Below, in pieces: positions 1 through 11,644 of a stretch of 64,000 nt of DNA (within the stretch, counting starts at the first letter, position 1; the number at the start of each line of letters is the position of its first letter). The translations under genes were made by a program, and so were the position numbers. This DNA comes from Mizuhopecten yessoensis (lineage: Eukaryota), in the NCBI RefSeq assembly GCF_002113885.1, contig NW_018405148.1, positions 1-64,000 of the forward strand, in the 5' to 3' direction. The notes beneath the pieces are model-generated. The model saw only the letters and a program-made list of their open reading frames with translations, did no database searches and was not told where the DNA came from.

Positions 1-1300
1 TGGTATATTGTCCGAGTGTGTTGACGGGTAGAACATTGTCCGTGTTTGTTGACAGTGTAATATATTGTCCGTGTGTGTTGACGTTTTAATATATTGTCCC
101 TGTGTGTTGACGGTGTGGTATATTGTTTGTGTGTGCTGACGGTGTGGTATATTGTCNNNNNNNNNNNNNNNNNNNNNNNNNNNNNNNNNNNNNNNNNNNN
201 NNNNNNNNNNNNNNNNNNNNNNNNNNNNNNNNNNNNNNNNNNNNNNNNNNNNNNNNNNNNNNNNNNNNNNNNNNNNNNNNNNNNNNNNNNNNNNNNNNNN
301 NNNNNNNNNNNNNNNNNNNNNNNNNNNNNNNNNNNNNNNNNNNNNNNNNNNNNNNNNNNNNNNNNNNNNNNNNNNNNNNNNNNNNNNNNNNNNNNNNNNN
401 NNNNNNNNNNNNNNNNNNNNNNNNNNNNNNNNNNNNNNNNNNNNNNNNNNNNNNNNNNNNNNNNNNNNNNNNNNNNNNNNNNNNNNNNNNNNNNNNNNNN
501 NNNNNNNNNNNNNNNNNNNNNNNNNNNNNNNNNNNNNNNNNNNNNNNNNNNNNNNNNNNNNNNNNNNNNNNNNNNNNNNNNNNNNNNNNNNNNNNNNNNN
601 NNNNNNNNNNNNNNNNNNNNNNNNNNNNNNNNNNNNNNNNNNNNNNNNNNNNNNNNNNNNNNNNNNNNNNNNNNNNNNNNNNNNNNNNNNNNNNNNNNNN
701 NNNNNNNNNNNNNNNNNNNNNNNNNNNNNNNNNNNNNNNNNNNNNNNNNNNNNNNNNNNNNNNNNNNNNNNNNNNNNNNNNNNNNNNNNNNNNNNNNNNN
801 NNNNNNNNNNNNNNNNNNNNNNNNNNNNNNNNNNNNNNNNNNNNNNNNNNNNNNNNNNNNNNNNNNNNNNNNNNNNNNNNNNNNNNNNNNNNNNNNNNNN
901 NNNNNNNNNNNNNNNNNNNNNNGCCGAGTGTGTTGACGGCGTAGTATATTGTCCATGTGTCTTGACGATGTAAAACATTGTTCGTGTGTGTTAATGGTGT
1001 GGTATATTGTCTGTGTGTGTTGATGGTGTGGTATATGTCCATGTTTGTTGACTCTCTAGAATATTGTCCGAGTGTGTTGACTAAGTGGTATATTGTAGTC
1101 GTGGTTTGACGGTGTGGTATATTGGTCTTTGTGTTCACATTATAGTTTACCCGTTGCTGTGTGTTGACGTTATTTTACAGGTCTCATTGTATGTTGACGA
1201 TGTGGTCTATTTCTCTTCGTGTATTCACGTTTTGTATATTGTTCATGTGTGTTGGCGTTATTTTAATTGTGTATTTGTAATTGTGTGTTAAAGCTGTGGA
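1..1300. repeat. Minisatellite, ~29-bp unit (TATATTGTCCGTGTGTGTTGACGGTGTGG), interrupted by an N gap at 157-922
   Basis: The unit recurs in tandem on both sides of the gap and decays after ~1130. Confidence 0.9.
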
Positions 1301-1379
1301 ATTGCTGTCCTTGTGTGTCGATGTTGAAGTATATAATTATGTTGACGCTAACGTATTTTACATATGTGAAATGAAGAAA

Positions 1380-3100
1380 TATCAGAAATACTGTTGCATA
1401 AACATCTTGGAGTTCTTTTTTCGAATAATTGCAGTTGGGTTGAACATGTTAAACAAATAATTCAGAAAGTAACGTCTAGATTAAATAGTATGTGATCTCT
1501 AAAAGTTAAACTCGACAGGCAAACATTACAAAATATATTTTTCGTTTATTAGACCACTTGTAGAATATGCTGATACTGTCTGGGATAGCATTCCCAAAGA
1601 ATATATTTCTAAACCAGAGAATGTTAATTTGGAAGCTGCTAGGATTGTTTCAGGTGCTACTAAACTTGTAAGCTTAGACAAACTATATACAGAAGTTGGA
1701 TGGAATAAATTAATAGACCGAAGACTTAATCATAAATTGTTACAATTCCATAAAATGTTTTATCAAAATACTCCAAAGTATCTGTATAATCTCTTACCTA
1801 ATTCAGTTAGTGATGTTCATAGTTATAATACCACACTTTCTGACCCATCATGTCTGTCACCTATTCTTTGTAAAACAAATATTCATCTATAAGCATTTCT
1901 TCCTTCTACTGTAAACAATTGGAATTCTCTTCCATTGCATATTAGAAATAACCCTTCCATTTCCCATTTAAAAGCCTTTCTGAAATCTAATAATAAATCA
2001 TGTCCACCTTCATACTACTTTCAGGGTTCACGTCTGGGTCAATTCTACCACGCAAGACTGAGTATGTCATGTAGCTCCCTAAAAGAACACTTGTTTACGA
2101 AAAACATCATACCATCCCCGAATTGTTCCTGCGGTGCCATTGAGAACTCAACACATTATTTGCTAAAATGTAATAAATATACAGCACTTAGACAGGTTTA
2201 TATTCTGAGTTTGCCCTATCAACTATCAACTAATCTTTTAATCTTTGGTGATGACTCTCTAACCCATCAAGATAACACTACGATTTTTCTAGCCGTCCAA
2301 AATTATATACTCAAAACTAAAAGATTTCAAATAAACGAATAGTCCTTAACAATTTCATTTTGACATATATATATATATATGTATGTTGTGTTGCATTCGT
2401 TTTACTACTATGTTTTAAAATGTATTTGGACTTATATGCTTATTCAGTGATTTTGCCATTGCATTTCTTTATACCATATTATGTCACTAACTCGCCATGA
2501 TTATGATTGTTTGATAAAAGTGATGTGTTACCTTGAAAGAGCAGGACGTACCAGGGACGAGGCGGGAAAGTGTTTTATGGACTTATATTTGATAAGTGTG
2601 ATGGCTAGTATGTGAACTGCAACGTTTTTAATAATCATGGCGGTGCTTTGTGACATACTAATTTTGTCAATAGTTGATTTAGTGGTGATTTATTCTATGT
2701 AACTTGTATATACATTTGAACCTTTATCGATTGTCCATTTACAGGACTGCTGACATTTTCATCTACTATTGCATAGTTATATTTTACAGAATCGTGTTCC
2801 ACATACTCATTGCAATAGATCAATATGATATTACCATCTGATGATCATATGTATATTGATATGTTATTCATCCCTGGTTTCCACTGCATACCAATCCGTT
2901 ACCCCCTCCCCTATTCCCGTAATTATTCTATTGTACATATTACTTCATTCTTGTAGCTAGTGTTGAAAAGTTGATTACTAAGCAGGTAGCAAATTTACAT
3001 AAGTTTCACGACACTTGTTTTTGTTTCCTTTTGTGTTTTATAAAACATGTGTTTCGATGTATTGTCAAACAAGATTTGAATAAAACAAAGTTTAAACCAA
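1380..3100 (+). mobile_element. 5'-truncated, decayed CR1/L2-type LINE (C-terminal part of ORF2 plus 3' UTR)
   Basis: Across frameshifts it reads HKHLGV..W..H, IRPLVEYADTVWD, LEAARIVSGA..LYTEVGW..L..RR..HKL, FLPSTVNNWNSLP and CSCGAIENSTHYLLKC, all typical of the region after RT in CR1/L2 ORF2. Stop at 2342; AATAAA-containing tail near 3080-3100. The 3' boundary is approximate. Confidence 0.85.
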
Positions 3101-4810
3101 AGTATTTTTTGTCCTTGGGTGCTGACACTATATTATACTTTGTCCTTGAATGATGGCATTGGAGTCCTTTTAAATTGACGCTATTGTATATTTCATTAGC
3201 GAGCCATAACGCCATGAAGATCGAAAGTATGAAATATGACTTGCATTATTCTAATCCAACATATTTAAAAGAAGATCACATAATATGGAGTCTCGTTAAT
3301 TTAGTCATATTTGTTCCCACGAAGCTCAAGTCACATGCTTGTGAAATGGCTGATAACAGGGACACTTATGAACAGATAAAGAGAAGACGTCGGCTTATTT
3401 TATGGCCAAAGTTCAAAAACTGTGTACACATTTTTCATGTCTGGTCGATAAACAGCGAACATTTCCTGACGAATTTAAAAGTATGTAAACGTATATAAGC
3501 TTATAGTTTGGTTAATTGCACAGGTAAATACACAGGTATATACACAGGTTAATACACAGGTATATAACTAATGTAAATGACCAGAACTTATGTTTTTGAT
3601 AACGTTTGATTGTTTGAGTAGTTTTAAGTCCGCGTCACTACTTTGTAGTTCGGTTATCCAGCAGTCGAAAATTGTTTTAGGAGAAATTATCAGCAAAAGT
3701 ACCGCCTGAATAATAGGACAACCGCATTAACCGTAAATTGATAGTGTACCACCTGATTAGTGATTTCTGGAAAGTGAACTTCCAGATTAATGTTTTGCTT
3801 GAATGACTACCGGATTAGTCATGATTTGATATTGGCCTATATGGTTAATGTTTGTCTGATAACGGAATACCAGATTAGTGGTGACTAGATAACCGATGTT
3901 TAGCTTTAAAAAAATATATTCATTTATGTTTACATGCATATTGAGAGATGTGATGTTGATATACGGTATCTTTGTTTCCCAGCATGCCTTTTTCAAGATG
4001 GCAGACATTTTCCAAAATTGCTGCCCCCAGTTATTTCCCAAGAAGGCTTCCAAGATGGCTTCCATTTTCTAAAATTAGATGGTGGCCCTTGTAGGTCGTT
4101 ACCTGAGATGTGGAGATGTTGAGATGGTCTTGAGATGATCTTGAGATGGTCTTTAGATGGTTACCAAAAAAATAATTGGAACCAGATTCGATAGAGTTTT
4201 GTATTAAAAAATGATAAGAACCCACATCGAATGGATTCCATACTGTAAATACACTTGTCATAGCCGAAGATAGCTCCTTGCAAGCTGTACATGTTAGACA
4301 TCCCTGTCAAATGCCGGTAAACTTGTAGCTGAAGTTATTTAACAATTTCTAGCTAATCTATAACTTTAACACAGTTACGATTCAAGAAATATTTAGAATT
4401 GTCATGAAATACGTTTTAAAGTAAAGAAAATACCTGATAATCGTTGCTTATCGTAGACTCAATCGTCCTTCAAAGTCTGGTGTCATGTCAACTTTCCGTT
4501 AGTGTGACGTCATAACCAGAAGGGAAAAGTATAAACTAGGTAATCGAAATTGAAAAGACAATAAAATATCCGTAATTTCTTCAATCATACAGAGTTACTT
4601 CCCTTTTACCGTAAATGTGTTATTTTTTTGTTTTTTGCTTTTATATTTCATACAATAAATGTAATTTTTCTTACAAATTAAGTATTTTGTCTGATGAAAT
4701 TAATAAAAATATAATTTTATAGATATTTTGATGAAAATTTGACCTTTTTTCATCAAAAGTTCATGCTGAATGAGCTGAACGAGCTGATACGCGTGTATGG
4801 CGTTATTTGG

Positions 4811-5128
4811 TGTTTTGGAGTCGTCCTGTTTTTCGGAGTCATCCTGTTTTTTTTCGAGTCGTCCTGTTTTTGGAGTTATTCTGTTTTTTGGAGTCATCCT
4901 ATTTTAGAGTCGTCCTGTTTTTTGGAGTCATTTTGTTTTCTGGAGTCATTTTGTTTTCTGGAGTCATCCTATTTTGAAGTCATCCTATTTTTTGGAGTCA
5001 TCCTATTTTCTGGAATCATACTATTTTCTGGAGACATCCTATTTTGGAGTAGTCCTGTTTTTTGGAGTCATTCTGTTTTGGAGTCGTCCTGTTTTTTGGA
5101 GTCATCCTGTTTTGATGTCATCCTGTTT
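4811..5128. repeat. Minisatellite, ~20-bp unit (TTTTGGAGTCATCCTGTTTT)
   Basis: About 15 tandem copies of GGAGTC(A/G)TCCT(G/A)TTTT. Confidence 0.9.
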
Positions 5129-5444
5129 GGCATACCCGGTCTATCTCGATTCTCATCTCGATTCCAATCTCGTGTAATGTAATGATGACAGAAAATGGCT
5201 ACGGGTCCCCTAGGTAGTTTACAATTTATTATGAAAACTGTAAATAACCCGTATTAAACAGGGTATCATCGATAACTAATCGCCTCATCGTGCCCGCTTG
5301 TCTCTTTCATTTTTTTTTTCTTTCTTTTTTCTTCTTTTTACATGTTTTTTTCTTTTTTTTTCTTCTTTTTCTCTCTCTCAGAGAGAGATTACACGACAGG
5401 GATGTTACCACGGATTTCAGATGATGTTTACAATGCACATTATA

Positions 5445-6115
5445 TACTATCTTGTTACCCAGTCACGAGTTGTTACGTGTCATATCTAGTTACTAGCCAT
5501 TATATGTTTTGTGTACTATCTAGTAACCCAGTCACGAGTTGATTTCTGTCATATGAAGTTACTGGCTATGTGATGGTATGTGTGATTTCTAGTTGCCAAG
5601 GAACCGAGTTGTGACGTGTCATATCTAGTTACTAGCCATTGGATGATAGGTTTAATATCTAGCTACCCAGCAACGAGTTGTTTTCTGTCATATGAAGTTA
5701 CTAGCCATGAGCTGTTATGTGTTATATCTAGTTACCCAGTCATGAGTTGGTATGTGTCATATCTAGCTAAACAGCAATGAGTTGTTACATTCATATCTAG
5801 TTACCTAGGAACGAGTTATTACGTGTCATATATAGTTACTAGCCAATAACTATTGTGTGTAATCTCTGGTTACTCTGGAACGAGTTGTTATGTGACATAT
5901 CTACTTACCACGCAACGAGTAGTTCTGTGTCATATCTAGTTACCTAGGAACGAGTTATTACGTGTCATATCTTTTTCTTTCTCATGAAATTACCCAACAA
6001 CGAATGGTCATGTGTCATGTCTAGTTACCCAGCAACGAATGGTCATGTGTCATGTCTAGTTACCCAGCAACGAATGGTCATGTGTAAAGTCCAGTTACCC
6101 TGCAACGAATGAGTA
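5445..6115. repeat. Minisatellite, 35-bp unit (ATCTAGTTACCCAGCAACGAGTTGTTATGTGTCAT)
   Basis: CGAATGGTCA recurs at 6001, 6036 and 6071; CTAGTTAC recurs with the same period from ~5450. Confidence 0.9.
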
Positions 6116-6720
6116 TTTGTCAAATCCATTTAGCGTTCAGTTCATATTATTGTCATTGATCTAATTTAAAGCCATGAATTATTTCTAGATGCTCCATTTA
6201 TCCTTATCGTTTGGTCTTCCCCTTCAGAGTTTCCTTCCCAGTAACTGCGTAGGCAATAAAGCATAGCATTTACAAAATGAGATCTTGCATATTTTACTAA
6301 ATATAAATGCTCTGGCAAACACAATCAAAGACACGAACACAATTAAAATACATTGTTAATGGTAGGGATAACAGAGCAAAGCACAAATAGAACGATAAAG
6401 ATCTGATCCACTCCTAGAACATTGTTAAACATTTATCATAATATTCCTGTGGCTTTTTTATGAAGAGTATGGAAGTGTCTGTTGCCCAGCAAACGACATT
6501 GTCATGACTCTTTTTACAATCTGTTGTAGACATGTATTACACGTATTACGACTGATACTGCGTTGATAGACGTTTCACCTTGTACATGGTATATTCCCGA
6601 CGATCATACCTACACACATGTGTGTATTTCTCAGCACTTTGTTTTGTTTTATTCGCGATATCAGACGAAAACATTTTACGAATACCAAACCACCACGCAA
6701 TATATCTGGTTATGACCTTA

Positions 6721-7075
6721 CTTGTTCTATGTGTCTCACATATCGCCATTCTTTTAAGTTTGTTCTGCTAGTACCGCTTCAGTTTTTATTTATGTTTCTG
6801 GTGTTTTGTACTAGGGTAATGACATTTGATTTATAGGCAAAATGGAATCATTGTGGCTGCTTTGCTTTCCGTTCCTTTCTCATTGAGTGTCCTTGTTTGT
6901 CATAACTTGTTCTATGTGTCTCACATATCGTCATTCTTTTAAGTTCGTTTTACTAGTAACGCTTCAGTTTTGATTTATGTTTCTGGTGTTTTGTACTAGG
7001 ATAACAAAATTTGATTTATAGGCGATATGGAATCATTGTGACTGCTTTGCTTTGCTTTCCTTTCTCATTGACTGT
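6721..7075. repeat. Tandem duplication of a ~185-bp unit
   Basis: CTTGTTCTATGTGTCTCACATATCG starts at 6721 and 6906; the copies stay colinear to CCTTTCTCATTGA. Confidence 0.9.
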
Positions 7076-7159
7076 TAACCCGTGCAAGTGTTAGAACCTT
7101 GGTCTAAGGAAAGGGTCGTCAAAGTTACATCTTAGGACATCCTCATCTTATAACTTCAA

Positions 7160-7640
7160 CAGTTACGGAAATATATACAAACAAGCAAGCCGATAAATAA
7201 ATAAAACTAGTTTTGTTGAACATAACTATACAGTATGTGAAACAAAGAAGCAAGCAAACGATACTGACAAACAAGGAAACACAAATATAAACACACTAGT
7301 TTTGTTGATTATACATATACAGTAAAAACCAACCAAGCAAAGGAAACTAACAAAGAACCAAGCTAAATTATAAACAATATAGTTTTGTTGATCATGACTA
7401 AAAAGTATGTGAAACAAACAGCCAAGCAAAATAAATTGATAAACAAGTAAGCAAATACGTAAACAAACTAGATTTGTTGAAAATAACTTTACCGTATGTG
7501 AAACAAACAAGCAAGCAATTAAAAACCAACAACAAGCAAGCAAAGATATAAACACACTAGTTCCGTTGATCAAACTATATAATATGTGAAACGAAAAAGC
7601 ACATCAAGTAAAACTAACAAACAACAAAACTCATAAAAAA
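7160..7640. repeat. Degenerate A-rich tandem repeat, ~87-90-bp period
   Basis: CTAGTTTTGTTGA-like motif at ~7207, 7297, 7380, 7468 and 7557, separated by AAAC/AAGC-rich tracts. Confidence 0.7.
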
Positions 7641-8748
7641 CTTAATGTTAGGGTATCCAAAACTGAAAAATGTTTTGTTTTCAAATGTATGATACAGTAT
7701 TCTTATTTTGAAATACAAATGAATGTTTACTATTCAAATAAGAAATTAATACAGTTTCAAGCAAATGTAGAAAATGTCATCTGTCTACCTTTTAAATGTT
7801 CCTGGTAAAATAATGAAATTATGGCTAAAAGCATATTTTGTTTCATTTCAATAAACAGCAATGCGTTTCAGAAGTATTAAAGGAAACTTTAATATTTGTC
7901 CTTTCTAATAGGTTATTGATATTTGTCCTTTCTTTTTAGCTTCACGTTAGGTTACATTGTAGTTGACCTTAACTATACACTAGATCGACCTGTTATAATT
8001 TTATTGACTTTCATATAAATAAATCATTGTGAAGAACCGAGACAAAACGTGCCAAAGTGACAAAGGCACGAGTCAGCTCGTGTTCAGCTCTGACGATTAT
8101 ATTGGTATCCGCGTTAATATTAATAGCAGATGAAGTTTTTATCATGTTAACAAATCTTGTGACAACCAGGGTTGTATCGAAAACTTAAAGAAGGTAAACA
8201 TGATACTATGGATTTGAGCATTTAGAACTGAAATTATGTAAAGTAAAAGAATAATAAAAATAATCTCTCACAACGTTTTGCAAGGTAGACGTTGAAGCCT
8301 AAGTGAACCATATACAGGAAGCTAATTCGTTATAATGTCCCGTAATAATCCAATCCTTGTCTTGATGCCAGACTACTAGAAACAAATATCAGCAATGAAA
8401 TGTGACGTCACGGCTGACAACGTTATAACTTAAAAAAAAACCCATTTTGACCTTGACTATGGCACGTTAAAAAATACTATTAGAGGAATTCTAGCTTTTG
8501 GCCAATTAATGAAGTTCGATAAACTCTTTTCAAAAAACATTAAGAGTTCCATATTTCATAGAAAATAATTGCAGCGATTTATAACCTTTGTAATTCATTA
8601 AGGACCTGTTTGCTAAGCCAAAACACTAAATTGTACCAAAGAACGCCCTTTTCGCCATTTGGTGTGGATCACTTTTGATGTAATACCATTATATTATTGT
8701 GTATTTGCTGGTTCATAAATATAGATCTTTTTAAATTGAACGTCGTAT

Positions 8749-8966
8749 GGGGCAGCGGTGGCCGAGTGGTTAAAACGTCTGATATTCTGTTACCACTAGC
8801 CTTCCGCCACTCTGTCGCAGGATCTAGGCCTACGTGGGTCAGTCGCCATTGACTGGCCGCATTTCGTAGGTGTTTCTCAGGATACTTAGTCTTTCTCAAT
8901 CAACAAAACCTGGCCCGTCCTTAAACGACCTCAGCTGTTAAAAGGACGTAAAACACAAACAATCAA
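8749..8966 (+). mobile_element. tRNA-derived SINE, near full length
   Basis: GGGGCAGCGGTGGCCGAGTGGTTAA (Pol III A box), a degenerate B box, and a 3' end GTCCTTAAA..GCTGTTAAAAGGACGTAAAAC plus A-rich tail. The same 3' end recurs at ~17125-17180 (-), ~26960-27020 (+) and ~50560-50620 (-). Confidence 0.75.
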
Positions 8967-11390
8967 AAGCATGCTATTTATGATCGATTCAATGCAAATG
9001 AAGCCAGATAATCAGTAACATTTTGTATGACACATTCGTGTTTTATTTCTTCAAAACAATGCATAAACGTTTTGTTATTTCAAGCATTCTTCTCTAAATA
9101 ATTAGAGGAAAGGAAAGCCAAGAAACAAATCGCTTTTTAGTTGTGATTAAAAGAACATATATTTTTTTTTAATAATTTACATTCAAAATGAAAAAATAAA
9201 GAGCAAATTATACTCATCAACTGATAACAACTGAAATTGCCACAAAGAATAAAGATATTGCAAAATGTTATGGGAATGCTCAAAAGTACTTAAAAATACT
9301 AAAGGTTTCCTTTTCACAACAGAAAAGTGAATTAAGAAAATACATCTTAAGTAAATGTTATTAAAGCAGGTTGTAACATTTTATCAATTATATACAGTAT
9401 TTTATACAAATATTGCATTACATTGTCTTTCAGGTGTCAAATTTCCATTTGAAATCGATTCTTAGTAATATTGCTTTTTTACACCTTCACGTGGTGTACA
9501 GTTGGTATTATCAGGTGAAATGTGTAGGAAGACCAAAATTTAGTTGAGATTGGAAATAAATCACTCAAGTGACGTCTCATCAGGAGGCATCATCAAGGTA
9601 TATCATCCACAGTTGACAACTACATAAATTATGTCACCTGCTAGGTCCATCCTATGCTTTATCTTACTGGATCAGACAAAGAATATCAAAGTGTCAACAA
9701 AAATAACTGGCATTTCAAATCGAAGAAACTAGGAAAAAATAGAATCAAAGTAAACATCCACACTGAGTAAGAAGGAAGAGAATACGATAAGATGTCAATG
9801 GAAGGTAATCGTTTTCTGCTTCATGTAAAACTAGGTCAATTCCAAGTTAGGTCACGTCCTTATGGCGAGAACTGGAGTAATAGAAACGAAGCCAAAATAC
9901 ACGCTAATGAGGTTATTTTCATTAACCACTGCTATACAAAATGTATATGCGTTGTTCAAAGTAAAGATGAACTACTAAACATATACCGATATATATGTAT
10001 ATATAAAACAAAATACCGAAGACTATATATATATATATATAGAAAAAATAAAATTAACGACCGACTAAAANTACAATATAATTACTTTTATACAAAGTAC
10101 AATGTAATGGCATACAGTGCCATAAGGGATATGGTAAGCAATTTTTGTCAAATTATCAACTCTTCAGTCCTATATTGGTTACATATCAACCATATAGTTC
10201 AAGTCCTTTGTACTTGTCGCTATATCTAATGTTGTACTCAGTAAAAGACCAAATGTCAAAATTACATATATGCTTATGTAGCAAAAACTAAAAATTGACA
10301 GCATATGCGCTTATATAGCTTAGCCAACACCATCAAAAGGTCTCACCTCATCATACATGGGCTTAAAGTTACATTATTTTCTCCAACTCAGTACAAGGCT
10401 AATCTGGATAATACTTGACACATTTTACATCAACATTACAATATCGGGAATATAAGTACTAACGAGCATGACATTCATCGAGAGTTGTGTTTTTTAATTT
10501 TTGTTCAGTTTCTCAATTAAATGCAGGTAACGGCGATAAAGCACCTGTCTTTTCCCTTGCTCAATATCCCTCACTTCGGTTCTATGCACACAGATAGAAC
10601 AAGCACTCGGTTCTTGCATAAGTGATAGTATGCAGTCAAATATAGTCACATTTTCTTAACAATACATATACTATGAAAATAAATATCATCGTAATTACTA
10701 TGACGTAATATCAAATATATCAAAAACACCGTATGATAGGATAATTCGCGATTTTGCCGGTCAATAACGTGTTTGTGAAAATACGATCCGCAGAAAAATA
10801 TGACAAACGGTGAAAATTTTCCTGAAATAACATACATGTGGTTGTGATGATTTATATACATAAAGAGTAATGGTGTTTGAAAAAAAAACACCGTGAAAGT
10901 GTTTTACAGACTGTAATCACTTGCTGTTGCTTAATATTCTGTCGCAAAGCCTTTTCGTTTAAGTAGTTGACACGTTATTTTCCGAGCGTCCCGTCTCCGT
11001 GCACTGAGAAAATGTACTATCTTCAAATGTGTATATCGCGAAATTTTAATTCGTGTATATTCAATTTCCAATTGTGGTCAAAATAGCGAAAATGTAAGCC
11101 TGCATAAATATCTTCACTCAGATCTAAGTAGAACCGAATAATAAAACATTCGGTATTTACAGCCTTTCGTGCAGTTGTCTAAAGTGCCTATCATCACCAG
11201 GTGCCTATTTCATGTCTCTTCGACTATAAAACTTAGTATTTTAGTGAATCCATGGAGTCGATCAAGTCTTTCCAGTGCAAAAGCTTTACACATTAATGTA
11301 CAAAGTGTGAAATTGTATTGACCCTAATGGGACATCAAGACGCATACACACAAACCTGCACTTGCACCCAACGTGTACGTGATCGGATTT

Positions 11391-11644
11391 CTAGACATGC
11401 GCCGGACGTATCATCATCCGAGTCTTCCTAAGTGACATTTTTTTTCCGGGTCCCGGGAAATACCACCAGGTCGTCAAAGTTTCTGAATTAGACGCCCAAT
11501 AGTTTTTCGTGTACTTTCCATTCAAATTGGCCTGGTGACATTTGCCATACCACCATCCACTTTTGGAAGATATTGCACAATTAACATTTGCCCCTTTATC
11601 CTTGGCGGAAAACTTCTTGCCACTATGGTATAGCATTGCGTCTC
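11391..11644 (-). CDS. FReD gene exon 5 (C-terminal P subdomain)
   Basis: Acceptor ctttacag; [45 protein letters not shown]. Confidence 0.93.

Noticed and set aside
86-1138. Long ORFs at the start of the window
   Set aside because: They run through the N gap and the 29-bp minisatellite; not genes.
4700-5182. Repetitive ORFs (LESSCF, FWSHP...)
   Set aside because: Translations of the 20-bp minisatellite.
5445-6115. 35-bp (and 29-bp) periodic repeats as a CRISPR array
   Set aside because: Units are head-to-tail with no unique spacers, there are no cas genes, and the context is eukaryotic.
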